DNA of 64,000 bases from an uncultured Clostridia bacterium (GTDB lineage Bacteria > Bacillota > Clostridia > TANB77 > CAG-508), in contig CALXWP010000007.1 in assembly GCA_944392455.1 (NCBI GenBank), forward strand, positions 43,559-107,558, in the 5' to 3' direction. Position 1 is the stretch's first letter. Every line of letters starts with the position of its first letter. Made by a program: the position numbers and the translations under genes. A model generated the notes under the pieces. The model was not told where the DNA came from. It saw only the letters and a list, made by a program, of their open reading frames with translations, and did not search any database. This document shows, one piece after another, positions 31,001-40,089 of the stretch.

Positions 31001-32685
31001 GAATCTCTATCTGGTAAACCTTCATCATTTGTTGCTCCTGTTATTTCTGCTATATTCTTTAAGTTTATATTTGATTCTGTTACACTTGCTGTTACTTCAC
31101 ATTCTATTTGTACATCTAAATAACTTAATGTTGTTCCATCAAATGCTGGTATTGTTTGTCCACTTAAATAACTTGTTGTTACTTCTCCATTACTTCCTGT
31201 TTGCCATCCATATTTTGTATTTATACTGCTTCCTGCTTTTAAACTTAATCCTGTTGGTAAGTAATCTGTTATCTCAGTGGCCTGTCCATCTACTTCTCCT
31301 TCGTTATATACCCTTATTGTATATATTACACTATCTCCTGTCTCTACTGTTAATGCATTCTTTGGATGTATCTTCTCTGCTGTTGTTATTCTTCCTGCCT
31401 CTAAGTTATTTAATGTTTCCTCACTTATTTGTGGTACTCTACTTGTACTTGGAGCTACTCCATTTATACTTGTTATGAATTTTCTTAATGCTAAATCAAA
31501 TATTTTTTCTTCTTCTGGTGGTTTTATAAATTCTGTACTATCACTATATTCTTCTTGCTCTCTCTCTATTATTACTACCGGTTGTTCTGATGAATTTGCT
31601 CCCTCTACTGCCCAGTATGTTATTTTTGTATCATAATATTCTCCACTTATACTTAATGTTACTTTATCTACATTTGTTGTTTTTGATACTACTATATAAA
31701 AGTCTTGTCCTATTGTTGCTTCTATACTACTAAATCTACTTCCACTTGCATTTTGTAATGTTGGGTTTAATGTTGTTCCTTCTCCATTTTTGAATACTGC
31801 TTCTAGTGTTGCATCTGTGTCACTTATTTTATTTATTCTAAATGGTCCTATTACATAATTACTTCCACTATCTGTTATTGTTTTTGTTGTCTCTGCTATT
31901 TCATATGGTTGACTCACTGTTGTTGGTGTGTAACTTGACGCATGTCCTTCTGCTTCTTCTATTAAATAGCTATATAATGCTTTTGCTTCCTCATTTCTTA
32001 TATCTCCTTCTACTGCTCCTTCTCCCTTCTTATCTCCTAAGGGATTATATCCTGAGTCTTGTCCTGCTACTTGATTTATCCATAATGAAAAGTTTCCACT
32101 ATCTCCTACATCATATGCATCTCCATCATTTGTAAAATGCCATATTGCTAATTGTTGTACTACATCTATATCATCATCTGTTAGTGGACTTCCTGTTAAT
32201 CCTGCATTATCTAATAATAAATCTCTATAATCTGATGCTGCTTGTTTTTCCTCTGTTGTTGCTCCTGATTTTGCTGGTACATATACATTCTCTAATAACC
32301 ACATTAATGAATTATACGTACTTCCACTTGGCAATGCATTTACATATGGACTTGGTATTGAATCTCTATCTTTCATATCAAAATATCTTGTATACTCTCT
32401 ATGCGTTGGATTTCCACTTCCGAATTCACTTGACCCAAATCCTGGTCCTCCTTTTAAACAGTAGATTGTACTATCATAGTTTGCTGTTGATCCATTACTA
32501 TTTGTTTCTACTATTTTCCATACATTCTTTTCTAATGCCTTATATCCATATCCTGAACTTCTTAATGCTTTTATTGTTAAGTATTTGCTTCCTGTTGCTG
32601 CATTTGAAACATTAAAATTACCACTAACTGCTATTGTTAGTATTGTCATTAGAATGATTAATATTACTCCTTTTATTTTTCTCAT
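26842..32685 (-). CDS. Giant surface protein: signal peptide, putative thioester (TED-like) adhesin domain, seven DUF11-like repeats plus one CnaB-like domain, C-terminal TM anchor
   Basis: 1947 aa. Signal peptide ending NVSNA. Candidate thioester residues YCLK and QQLAIW. Repeats beginning FDLALRKFIT... with the DUF11-like block TYTIRVYNEG..AGYAEEV.D.LPEGLEF. Acidic Asp-rich linkers DIDSVPDNDEDGEDDIDIEK. C-terminal hydrophobic segment then KKFVLV. No LPXTG. Confidence 0.7.
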   Translation of the reverse strand: MRKIKGVILIILMTILTIAVSGNFNVSNAATGSKYLTIKALRSSGYGYKALEKNVWKIVETNSNGSTANYDSTIYCLKGGPGFGSSEFGSGNPTHREYTRYFDMKDRDSIPSPYVNALPSGSTYNSLMWLLENVYVPAKSGATTEEKQAASDYRDLLLDNAGLTGSPLTDDDIDVVQQLAIWHFTNDGDAYDVGDSGNFSLWINQVAGQDSGYNPLGDKKGEGAVEGDIRNEEAKALYSYLIEEAEGHASSYTPTTVSQPYEIAETTKTITDSGSNYVIGPFRINKISDTDATLEAVFKNGEGTTLNPTLQNASGSRFSSIEATIGQDFYIVVSKTTNVDKVTLSISGEYYDTKITYWAVEGANSSEQPVVIIEREQEEYSDSTEFIKPPEEEKIFDLALRKFITSINGVAPSTSRVPQISEETLNNLEAGRITTAEKIHPKNALTVETGDSVIYTIRVYNEGEVDGQATEITDYLPTGLSLKAGSSINTKYGWQTGSNGEVTTSYLSGQTIPAFDGTTLSYLDVQIECEVTASVTESNINLKNIAEITGATNDEGLPDRDSTPDNVRVDGYGTTSQEDDDDFEDLVMLGKYFDLSLRKFISNVDGESVNRAPSVNITNLANGSATTAIYNHSKTPIAVKVGDEVIYTIRVYNEGQLDGIVTEITDHLPENLEFVNDSFNTQRGWNVSGDGRTVTTTYLAGEIINAFNGSSLDYAEVQIKCRVKSTAVAGEKLTNIAEISGFTDRSGGTVTDRDSGADNVTLPSDTTLPNYKDTEINRGDSYIPGQQDDDDFEKIVVQKFDLALRKFITGVNSQSITNREPVFKNNNGEYSYEHTKDPVLVQTEDTVIYTLRIYNEGDIAGYAEEVKDDIPEGLEFLPDNTTNINYRWVMYNAEGNVTENVSEAETIRTDYLSKAQGEMTGRDNLIEAFDPDTMNEPDYKEVRIAFKVIEPNTSDRILINTAEISEDSDEDGDPIEDIDSVPDNDEDGEDDIDIEKVKLTYFDLALRKFITKVNGENVEVSREPEITDNAVEDLDNGRVTTADKLHTKDPISVNTGDTVTYIIRIYNEGKEAGYAEEVTDYLPEGLILKEDSQINEDNGWTNPNGDGRTIVTTALSDDLIDAFDGKTIDYVDLEIECEVVATKQVTSISLKNVAEITKSENIERNEVNDRDSVEDNLTDDQKNNYNPGTSEQGHGYEDDDDYEELVLPATVGDYEIKLIKQNGISDRLSNAVFKIEEVDSDGTVINTFDNLTTNENGEVVTGKIKITAEGTHRYIITETGAPEGYNILPEPVEIEIDVKLINGEYVITAERINGELVNLQVVDGSIIEVTIENNIFDLALRKFITGVNEEEITNRVPVFTNNDGEYTYEHTKEPVEVATNDIVIYTLRIYNEGTEAGYAEEVKDDLPEGLEFLPENEVNTEYRWVMYDANGNVTENVEEAETIRTDYLSKEQGGLSGRDNLIEAFDPDTMDEPDYKEVQIAFKVTEPNTSDRIIINTAEISEDSDEDGNPVEDIDSVPDNDEDGEDDIDIEKIKVKYFDLALRKFITGINEEEITNRVPVFTNNNGEYTYEHTKEPVEVSNGDIVIYTIRVYNEGEVAGYAEEVKDDLPEGLEFLPENEVNTEYRWVMYDANGNVTENVEEAETIRTDYLSKEQGDETGRDNLIEAFDPETMSQPDYKDVQIAFRVIEPNTSDRVLINTAEISEDSDEDGEPVEDIDSVPDNDEDGEDDIDIEKVKVTYFDLALRKIVSKVTMILDGETYVEETGHHFEDDPEEVVKVELGNHKIETAVIKFTYQIRITNEGNMAGYAEEITDYIPEGLEFVEEDNEGWELSEDGETVTTTQLNDTLLEPGESVVIEITFRWINGQNNLGVKTNWAEISEDSDENHEPVEDIDSVPDNFEKGEDDIDEASVVLSIVSGIGGHYIGVITGVLVILGAGLVLIKKFVLV
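30950..32685. repeat. Inter-gene duplicated segment (near-identical to 35600-37356)
   Basis: Shadow ORFs 30957-31478 vs 35610-36131 are identical over 522 nt. Offset ~4653 nt. Copy 1 carries an extra ~1.5 kb of internal repeats. Confidence 0.8.
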
Positions 32686-33021
32686 TACTACCCTTCCCTT
32701 TTTCTCATATAATAATACTTATATATATAATTTTACTGGTTTTAAAGCCTTTAGTCAATAACAATTATTTACATTGTATTTAACATATTTTTTATACACT
32801 TTAATTCTTTTACGGAAGTATATTTTTTCAAACTTTTATCTCAATTATTACATTTTTGTAATATTTTGGTTCGTTTTTTTCTTTATAAATTTGTTTTTTT
32901 ACTTTTATGTCAAATATTAATTTATATATTAAAATATTTTTAATATATATTTAGAAAAACAAAGACCTAATTACTATATTCCCTAGTATTTAAGCCTTTG
33001 TTTATTATTTTAAATTATTTA

Positions 33022-36000
33022 TTATAGTACAAATCTCTTGATCAATACTAATCCAGTTCCAAGTATTACTAGTACTCCTGTTATTACTCCTATATAATGT
33101 CCTCCTACACCTGATACTATTGATAATACTACTGATGCTTCATCTATATCATCTTCTCCTTTTTCAAAGTTATCTGGCGTTGAATCTATATCTTCTACTG
33201 GCTCATGATCTTCATCACTATCCTCTGATATCTCAGCCCAGTTTGTCTTTACTCCTAGGTTGTTTTGTCCATTTATCCATCTAAATGTTATCTCTATTAC
33301 TACACTTTCTCCTGGTTCTAATAATGTATCATTTAGTTGAGTTGTTGTTACTGTCTCTCCATCTTCTGATAATTCCCATCCTTCATTATCTTCTTCTACA
33401 AACTCTAGTCCTTCTGGTATGTAGTCTGTTATTTCTTCTGCATATCCTGCCATATTTCCTTCGTTTGTTATTCTTATTTGATATGTGAATTTTATTACCG
33501 CTGTCTCTATTTTATGGTTTCCTAATTCTACTTTTACTACTTCTTCTGGATCATCTTCAAAATGATGTCCTGTCTCTTCTACATATGTCTCTCCATCTAA
33601 TATCATTGTTACTTTTGATACTATCTTTCTTAATGCTAAATCAAAGTATGTTACTTTTACTTTTTCTATATCGATGTCATCTTCTCCATCTTCATCATTG
33701 TCTGGCACAGAATCTATATCTTCTACTGGTTCTCCATCTTCATCACTATCTTCTGATATTTCCGCTGTGTTTATTAACACTCTATCTGATGTATTTGGTT
33801 CTATTACTCTAAATGCTATTTGTACATCTTTATAGTCTGGTTGAGTCATTGTTTCTGGATCGAATGCTTCTATTAGATTATCTCTTCCTGACAACTCTCC
33901 TTGTGCCTTTGATAAATAATCTGTTCTTATTGTTTCTGCTTCTTCTACATTTTCTGTTACATTTCCTTCTGCATCGTACATTACCCATCTATATTCTGTA
34001 TTTACTTCATTTTCTGGTAAAAATTCTAATCCTTCTGGTAAGTCATCTTTTACTTCTTCTGCATACCCTGCCTGTGTTCCTTCATTATATACTCTTATTG
34101 TATATATTACTATGTCTCCATTACTTACTTCTACTGGTTCCTTTGTATGTTCATATGTATATTCACCATCATTGTTTGTAAATATTGGCACTCTGTTTGT
34201 TATTTCTTCTTCATTTACTCCTGTGATGAATTTCCTTAAGGCCAAATCAAAGTATGTTACTTTAATTTTTTCTATATCAATATCATCTTCACCTTCTTCA
34301 TCATTATCTGGCACAGAATCTATATCTTCTACTGGATTTCCATTTTCGTCACTATCTTCTGATATTTCTGCTGTATTTATTATTATACTATCTGATGTAT
34401 TTGGTAATGTCACCTTAAATGCTATCCTTACTTCTTTATAGTCTGGCTCATTCATTGTATCTGGATCAAATGCTTTTATTAGGTTATCTCTTCCTGATAG
34501 CTCACCTTGTTCCTTTGATAAATAGTCTGTTCTTATTGTTTCTGCTTCTTCTACATTTTCTGTTACATTTCCTTCTGCATCATACATTACCCATCTATAG
34601 TTTATATTCGTTGTATTATCTGGTAAAAATTCTAATCCTTCTGGAATATCATCTTTTACTTCTTCTGCATATCCTGCAATGTCTCCTTCATTATATATTC
34701 TTAATGTATATATTACTGTATCTCCTGTTGCTACTAGAATAGGTTCTTTTGTATGTTCATATGTATACTCACCATTATTGTTTGTAAATACTGGTACTCT
34801 ATTTGTTATTTCTTCTTCATTTACTCCTGTTATGAATTTTCTTAATGCTAAATCAAATACTTGAATTACTACTTTTTCAAAATCATCATCATCTTGTTGT
34901 CCTGGTATATAGCTGTCTCCTCTATTTATCTCTTCATCTTTATAATTTGGTAATGTCTCATCTGATGGTAATGTTACATTGTCTTTTTGAGAGTCAATAT
35001 CTGTTATTTCATTATCATCAGAATCTGTAAATTCTGTTATTTCTGCGATATTAGTTAATTTTTCATCAGGTACTACTGTGTCAGTTACTTTACATTTAAT
35101 TTGTACATCTATATAGTCTAATGAACTTCCACTAAATGCTTCTAATATAACCTTATCAGCGCCATCTTTTCTATTTTCATAAATTGTATCTCTATTTGCA
35201 GAGTATTCTGTATCTGGTGATGTTATATCTGTTGTTACAGTTCTTCCATCAGCTGATACTCTCCATCCATATTGTGCATTAAAACTGTCATTTATAAATT
35301 CTAGATTTTCTGGTAAATAATCTGTTATTTCTTTTACATATCCATCAAGTTGTCCTTCATTATATACTCTTATTGTATATATTACTTCATCTCCTGCACT
35401 TACAGAAACTGGTGTCTTTGGATGGTTATATATTGCTGTTGTTGAAGATCCATTTGCTAAATTTGTTACATTTACTACTGGCTCTCTTAAATATCTACCT
35501 GAATTATCTACTAATTCTTCATCATTTACTTGTATTATAAATTTTCTTAAAGATAAATCAAAATATTTTCCTAGCATTACTAAGTCTTCAAAATCATCAT
35601 CATCTTCTTGTGATGTTGTTCCATATCCATCCACCCTTACATTATCTGGTGTTGAATCTCTATCTGGTAAACCTTCATCATTTGTTGCTCCTGTTATTTC
35701 TGCTATATTCTTTAAGTTTATATTTGATTCTGTTACACTTGCTGTTACTTCACATTCTATTTGTACATCTAAATAACTTAATGTTGTTCCATCAAATGCT
35801 GGTATTGTTTGTCCACTTAAATAACTTGTTGTTACTTCTCCATTACTTCCTGTTTGCCATCCATATTTTGTATTTATACTGCTTCCTGCTTTTAAACTTA
35901 ATCCTGTTGGTAAGTAATCTGTTATCTCAGTGGCCTGTCCATCTACTTCTCCTTCGTTATATACCCTTATTGTATATATTACACTATCTCCTGTCTCTAC

Positions 36001-37356
36001 TGTTAATGCATTCTTTGGATGTATCTTCTCTGCTGTTGTTATTCTTCCTGCCTCTAAGTTATTTAATGTTTCCTCACTTATTTGTGGTACTCTACTTGTA
36101 CTTGGAGCTACTCCATTTATACTTGTTATGAATTTTCTTAATGCTAAATCAAATATTTTTTCTTCTTCTGGTGGTTTTATAAATTCTGTACTATCACTAT
36201 ATTCTTCTTGCTCTCTCTCTATTATTACTACCGGTTGTTCTGATGAATTTGCTCCCTCTACTGCCCAGTATGTTATTTTTGTATCATAATATTCTCCACT
36301 TATACTTAATGTTACTTTATCTACATTTGTTGTTTTTGATACTACTATATAAAAGTCTTGACCTATTGCTTCTTCTATACTATTAATTCTATCTCCACTT
36401 GCATTTTGTAATGTTGGGTTTAATGTTGTTCCTTCTCCATTTTTGAATACTACTTCTAATGTTGCCTCTGTATTACTTATTTTATTTATTCTAAATGGCC
36501 CTATTACATAATTACTTCCACTCTCTGTTATTGTTTTTGTTGTCTCTGCTATTTCATATGGTTGACTTACTGTTGTTGGTGTGTAACTTGATGCATGTGC
36601 TTCTGCTTCTTCTATTAAATATCTATATAATTCTTTTGCTTCTTCATTTCTATCAAATCCATTTACTGCTCCTGCTCCTGCTTCTTCTTCTCCTCCTGAT
36701 AATGGATTATATGCTGAGTCTTGTCCTGCAACTCGGTTTATCCATAATGAAAAGTTTCCACTATCTCCTACATCATATGCATCTCCATCATTTGTAAAAT
36801 GCCATATTGCTAATTGTTGTACTACATCTATATCATCATCTGTTAGGTAGCTTCCTGTTAACCCTGCATTATCCAATAATAGATTTCTGTAATCTGATGC
36901 CGCTTGTTTTTCCTCTGTACTTGCTCCTGATTTTGCTGGCACATATACATTTTCTAATAACCACATTAATGAATTATATGTACTTCCACTTGGCAATGCA
37001 TTTACATATGGACTTGGTATTGAATTTCTATCTTTCATATCAAAATATCTTGTATACTCTCTATGTGTTGGATTTCCACTTCCGAATTCACTTGACCCAA
37101 ATCCTGGTCCTCCTTTTAGACAATAGATTGTACTATCATAATTTGCTGTTGTTCCACTACTATTTGTTTCTACTATTTTCCATACATTTTTTTCTAATGC
37201 CTTATATCCATATCCTGAACTTCTTAACGCTTTTATTGTTAAGTATTTACTTCCTGTTGCTGCATTTGAAACATTAAAATTACTTATTAACATTATTGAT
37301 AATAAGGTCATTATTATAACTAGAGCTACTTTTTTTAGCTTCATATCGATTCCCAT
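33022..37356 (-). CDS. Paralogous giant surface protein (TED-like domain, six DUF11-like repeats, C-terminal TM anchor)
   Basis: 1444 aa. The likely start is the internal Met MKLKKVAL... The N-terminal 330 aa and C-terminal ~390 aa are near-identical to the 1947-aa paralog. Confidence 0.7.
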   Translation of the reverse strand: MGIDMKLKKVALVIIMTLLSIMLISNFNVSNAATGSKYLTIKALRSSGYGYKALEKNVWKIVETNSSGTTANYDSTIYCLKGGPGFGSSEFGSGNPTHREYTRYFDMKDRNSIPSPYVNALPSGSTYNSLMWLLENVYVPAKSGASTEEKQAASDYRNLLLDNAGLTGSYLTDDDIDVVQQLAIWHFTNDGDAYDVGDSGNFSLWINRVAGQDSAYNPLSGGEEEAGAGAVNGFDRNEEAKELYRYLIEEAEAHASSYTPTTVSQPYEIAETTKTITESGSNYVIGPFRINKISNTEATLEVVFKNGEGTTLNPTLQNASGDRINSIEEAIGQDFYIVVSKTTNVDKVTLSISGEYYDTKITYWAVEGANSSEQPVVIIEREQEEYSDSTEFIKPPEEEKIFDLALRKFITSINGVAPSTSRVPQISEETLNNLEAGRITTAEKIHPKNALTVETGDSVIYTIRVYNEGEVDGQATEITDYLPTGLSLKAGSSINTKYGWQTGSNGEVTTSYLSGQTIPAFDGTTLSYLDVQIECEVTASVTESNINLKNIAEITGATNDEGLPDRDSTPDNVRVDGYGTTSQEDDDDFEDLVMLGKYFDLSLRKFIIQVNDEELVDNSGRYLREPVVNVTNLANGSSTTAIYNHPKTPVSVSAGDEVIYTIRVYNEGQLDGYVKEITDYLPENLEFINDSFNAQYGWRVSADGRTVTTDITSPDTEYSANRDTIYENRKDGADKVILEAFSGSSLDYIDVQIKCKVTDTVVPDEKLTNIAEITEFTDSDDNEITDIDSQKDNVTLPSDETLPNYKDEEINRGDSYIPGQQDDDDFEKVVIQVFDLALRKFITGVNEEEITNRVPVFTNNNGEYTYEHTKEPILVATGDTVIYTLRIYNEGDIAGYAEEVKDDIPEGLEFLPDNTTNINYRWVMYDAEGNVTENVEEAETIRTDYLSKEQGELSGRDNLIKAFDPDTMNEPDYKEVRIAFKVTLPNTSDSIIINTAEISEDSDENGNPVEDIDSVPDNDEEGEDDIDIEKIKVTYFDLALRKFITGVNEEEITNRVPIFTNNDGEYTYEHTKEPVEVSNGDIVIYTIRVYNEGTQAGYAEEVKDDLPEGLEFLPENEVNTEYRWVMYDAEGNVTENVEEAETIRTDYLSKAQGELSGRDNLIEAFDPETMTQPDYKDVQIAFRVIEPNTSDRVLINTAEISEDSDEDGEPVEDIDSVPDNDEDGEDDIDIEKVKVTYFDLALRKIVSKVTMILDGETYVEETGHHFEDDPEEVVKVELGNHKIETAVIKFTYQIRITNEGNMAGYAEEITDYIPEGLEFVEEDNEGWELSEDGETVTTTQLNDTLLEPGESVVIEITFRWINGQNNLGVKTNWAEISEDSDEDHEPVEDIDSTPDNFEKGEDDIDEASVVLSIVSGVGGHYIGVITGVLVILGTGLVLIKRFVL

Positions 37357-37720
37357 CCTTTTACTCCTTATAATATATTTTCTATTTTACTTACATTTTT
37401 TTAGTTAGTCAATATCAATATTTTCCTTATTTTTAACTCAAAAAAACGCCTCAAAAATCTCCTTACGGATATTCGTTCTGAGAATTCATTTTATAATATT
37501 ACGCTTATATTACAATTATATTACATTTTTGTAATATTTTCAATGGTTTTGGCATATTTTCCTAGAAAACATTATGTTTCAGAGATTCTTCTCTTACTTT
37601 TTTTGTAAAATTTTCTTAAATACTATATTTAATATGAATTATTTAAATAATGTTGTATTTTTCTATATGATAATATAAACTTAATATATATTATAAAAGA
37701 AAGATAAAAGGATTAATAAA

Positions 37721-38434
37721 ATGGATAAAAACAAAGAATTAGATGAACTATTTGATAAAGTATCAAAATGTAATAAATGTATAAATTTAAAAAATAAAAG
37801 TGGAACCGATTGTTCTTTAATTAATATATATAAACAAAAAGATTTCTTTAAAAATATTCCTTCAATTTGGACAGATTGGTATAGAAGGTTAGATAGTAAA
37901 ATTATGATTATAGGTCAGGATTGGGGACCTTACAGTGAAATGAATAAAATATATAATAAATATATAAAAAAAGCAGATGAAATTAATTGGAATAATATTA
38001 TTGAAGAAGAAAAAAGCCTAACCAAAAGAATGCTTACAAAATATTTTTTAGAATCTGCCAAACAAAATAAGATTAATATAGAGGATAATTTTTTAGAAAA
38101 CATCTATATAACTAATGGAATTTTGTGTGCAAGAAATGGGGAAAATTATAGAGGAAATAATATTAACTTAAAAAAATCTTCACTTAATTGCAAAGAATTT
38201 CTAAAAGAGCAAGTAAATATTGTAAATCCAAAGATCATCCTGCCATTAGGATATTACCCATTATATGAATTATCACAGATATATAATTTTGGAATTGATA
38301 AAACTTTAAGAGAAAATATAGATAGAGAAATTAAAATTGGGAATTTTGTGATTATTCCTATATATCATCCTGCTGCACAAATAAATAGGGAAGAACAGCT
38401 AAAACAATATAATAAAATTTGGAAATATTATTAA
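37721..38434 (+). CDS. Uracil-DNA glycosylase superfamily protein (divergent family)
   Basis: 237 aa. N-terminal CNKC, motif-A-like IIGQDWGPYSE (compare GQDPYH / GEAPG), C-terminal motif-B-like IPIYHPAAQ (compare HPSPLS). Confidence 0.5.
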   Translation: MDKNKELDELFDKVSKCNKCINLKNKSGTDCSLINIYKQKDFFKNIPSIWTDWYRRLDSKIMIIGQDWGPYSEMNKIYNKYIKKADEINWNNIIEEEKSLTKRMLTKYFLESAKQNKINIEDNFLENIYITNGILCARNGENYRGNNINLKKSSLNCKEFLKEQVNIVNPKIILPLGYYPLYELSQIYNFGIDKTLRENIDREIKIGNFVIIPIYHPAAQINREEQLKQYNKIWKYY

Positions 38435-38508
38435 TGGAGGCGACACCCGGATTTGAACCGGGGATCAGAGTTTTGCAGACTCGTGCCTTACCACTTGGCT
38501 ATATCGCC
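38435..38508 (-). tRNA. tRNA-Cys (GCA)
   Basis: Reverse complement GGCGATATAGCCAAGTGGTAAGGCACGAGTCTGCAAAACTCTGATCCCCGGTTCAAATCCGGGTGTCGCCTCCA forms a cloverleaf. Anticodon loop CTGCAAA. CCA is encoded. Confidence 0.9.
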
Positions 38509-38591
38509 ATATACTATAATATATGCTTATAAAAATAAAAAATTACAAATTAAATTAAATTTTATAAAAAATAAAAAAGCAGTAGTAAAAT

Positions 38592-38665
38592 TGGAGGCGA
38601 CACCCGGATTCGAACCGGGGATCAGAGTTTTGCAGACTCGTGCCTTACCACTTGGCTATATCGCC
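38592..38665 (-). tRNA. tRNA-Cys (GCA), second copy
   Basis: Identical to the first copy except one T-loop base. Confidence 0.9.
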
Positions 38666-38685
38666 ATATACTACTGCTTTTTTTG

Positions 38686-38761
<76 letters not shown>

Positions 38762-38929
38762 ATATTGTCATTTTTTAAGAACAATTAATATAATAGCAAA
38801 AAAAAATATAAAAGTCAATAGATAGGTTTTAAATAAATTTATTATTATATATATTGAAAAATACGAGTCAATTGATATAATTATGTTACTATATTTTATA
38901 ATTATTTATTAAAATGTTGGGAGATTATT

Positions 38930-39634
38930 ATGGTAAATAAAAATATACTAATTCAAGGTGCTATTGATATTGAGATAGAGTATTTAATTTCTGAGCTTGA
39001 TAACTTAAAATCAAAAAATATTTCTGGATATAATTTTTATGAAGGAATAATTGGAAATAAAACTATTATAGTATCCAAAACTGAAATTGGAAGTATTAAT
39101 TCAACTATCTCTACTATTATTGGAATTAATACATTTCATCCTAATATTGTAATAAATCAAGGCATAGCAGGTGCACATCTTTCTACTATTCATACAGGTA
39201 ATATTATTATAGGAGAAGCATGTTGTAATATAAATGCTTTTTCAATTCCACCTGCCAAAAGTTCTGAAGGTTCATCTCCTTTTAAGTGGGAACCTAATAA
39301 AAGGGCAAAAGAAATAAAGTATTCTGATAAAACCTTAGTTGATTTTTTCTATAATAATTTATCAAACTCAAATCATATAGTATATAAAGGTATATTAGGC
39401 AGTGGAGATGTATTTAATAGAGAATATGATAGAATTAAATGGACACATAACCTATTTGGTAATTTATGTGAGGATATGGAAAGTATTGGAACTTATTCTG
39501 CTTGTTCTAAATTTAATATTCCTTGTATTGGCATTCGTATTATATCAAATAATGAATTAACCCTTGAAAAAATAAATAAGAAAAAAGCTCTTGATTTACA
39601 AAAGCTTTTGGTAAATATATTAAGAGGAATTTAG
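38930..39634 (+). CDS. Purine-nucleoside-phosphorylase-fold nucleosidase (MTA/SAH nucleosidase-like)
   Basis: 234 aa. PNP_UDP_1-like layout (ILIQGAIDIEIEYL, GIAGA, ISNNE). Confidence 0.55.
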   Translation: MVNKNILIQGAIDIEIEYLISELDNLKSKNISGYNFYEGIIGNKTIIVSKTEIGSINSTISTIIGINTFHPNIVINQGIAGAHLSTIHTGNIIIGEACCNINAFSIPPAKSSEGSSPFKWEPNKRAKEIKYSDKTLVDFFYNNLSNSNHIVYKGILGSGDVFNREYDRIKWTHNLFGNLCEDMESIGTYSACSKFNIPCIGIRIISNNELTLEKINKKKALDLQKLLVNILRGI

Positions 39635-40035
39635 CTATCAAATTTTTCATTAAACGCATATGGTAATAAATCTTGTAGATTATATGTTTTTATAGTTTCA
39701 TTATCCAAACTTACAATCTTTATCCTTGGACAAATACTATTTAAATATTGTCTACATACACCACATGGCAAACATTCTTCTAGACAACTATCTCTACCGC
39801 CAACAACAGCTATTTTTTCAAATTCTATATATCCTTCTGATATAGCCTTTACTATTGCACATCTTTCTGCGCATATATTTGTCACTCCTATCCCAGAAGG
39901 ATCTTCTATATTACATCCCATAAACACTTTTCCTTCTTTTGTTAGTAATGCTGCTCCGACTTTAAATTCTGATATTTTAGAGTAAGAGTATTCTCTTGCT
40001 TTTTTCGCTAATTCAATTAATTCTTTATTATCCAT
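39631..40035 (-). CDS. cdd: Cytidine deaminase
   Basis: 134 aa. Zn ligands CAERCAI and PCGVCRQ. Confidence 0.85.
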   Translation of the reverse strand: MDNKELIELAKKAREYSYSKISEFKVGAALLTKEGKVFMGCNIEDPSGIGVTNICAERCAIVKAISEGYIEFEKIAVVGGRDSCLEECLPCGVCRQYLNSICPRIKIVSLDNETIKTYNLQDLLPYAFNEKFDS

Positions 40036-40089
40036 TAATACTACCTCCGGTTTTATTATAAGATATAATATATAAAATATTATTTATTG

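Noticed and set aside
27108-37277. Many Leu/His-rich plus-strand ORFs (e.g. 27636-28004, 30957-31478, 35610-36131, 36807-37277) across 27-37 kb
   Set aside because: They are antisense shadows of the two giant minus-strand repeat proteins. Their pairwise identity simply mirrors the duplication. They have no RBS and their low-complexity L/H/Y composition is that expected opposite D/E/V/I-rich codons.
26842-37356. Possible CRISPR array, suggested by the periodic repeats
   Set aside because: The repeat units are ~600 nt, coding, and in frame within long ORFs. There are no short 25-40 nt direct repeats with unique spacers.
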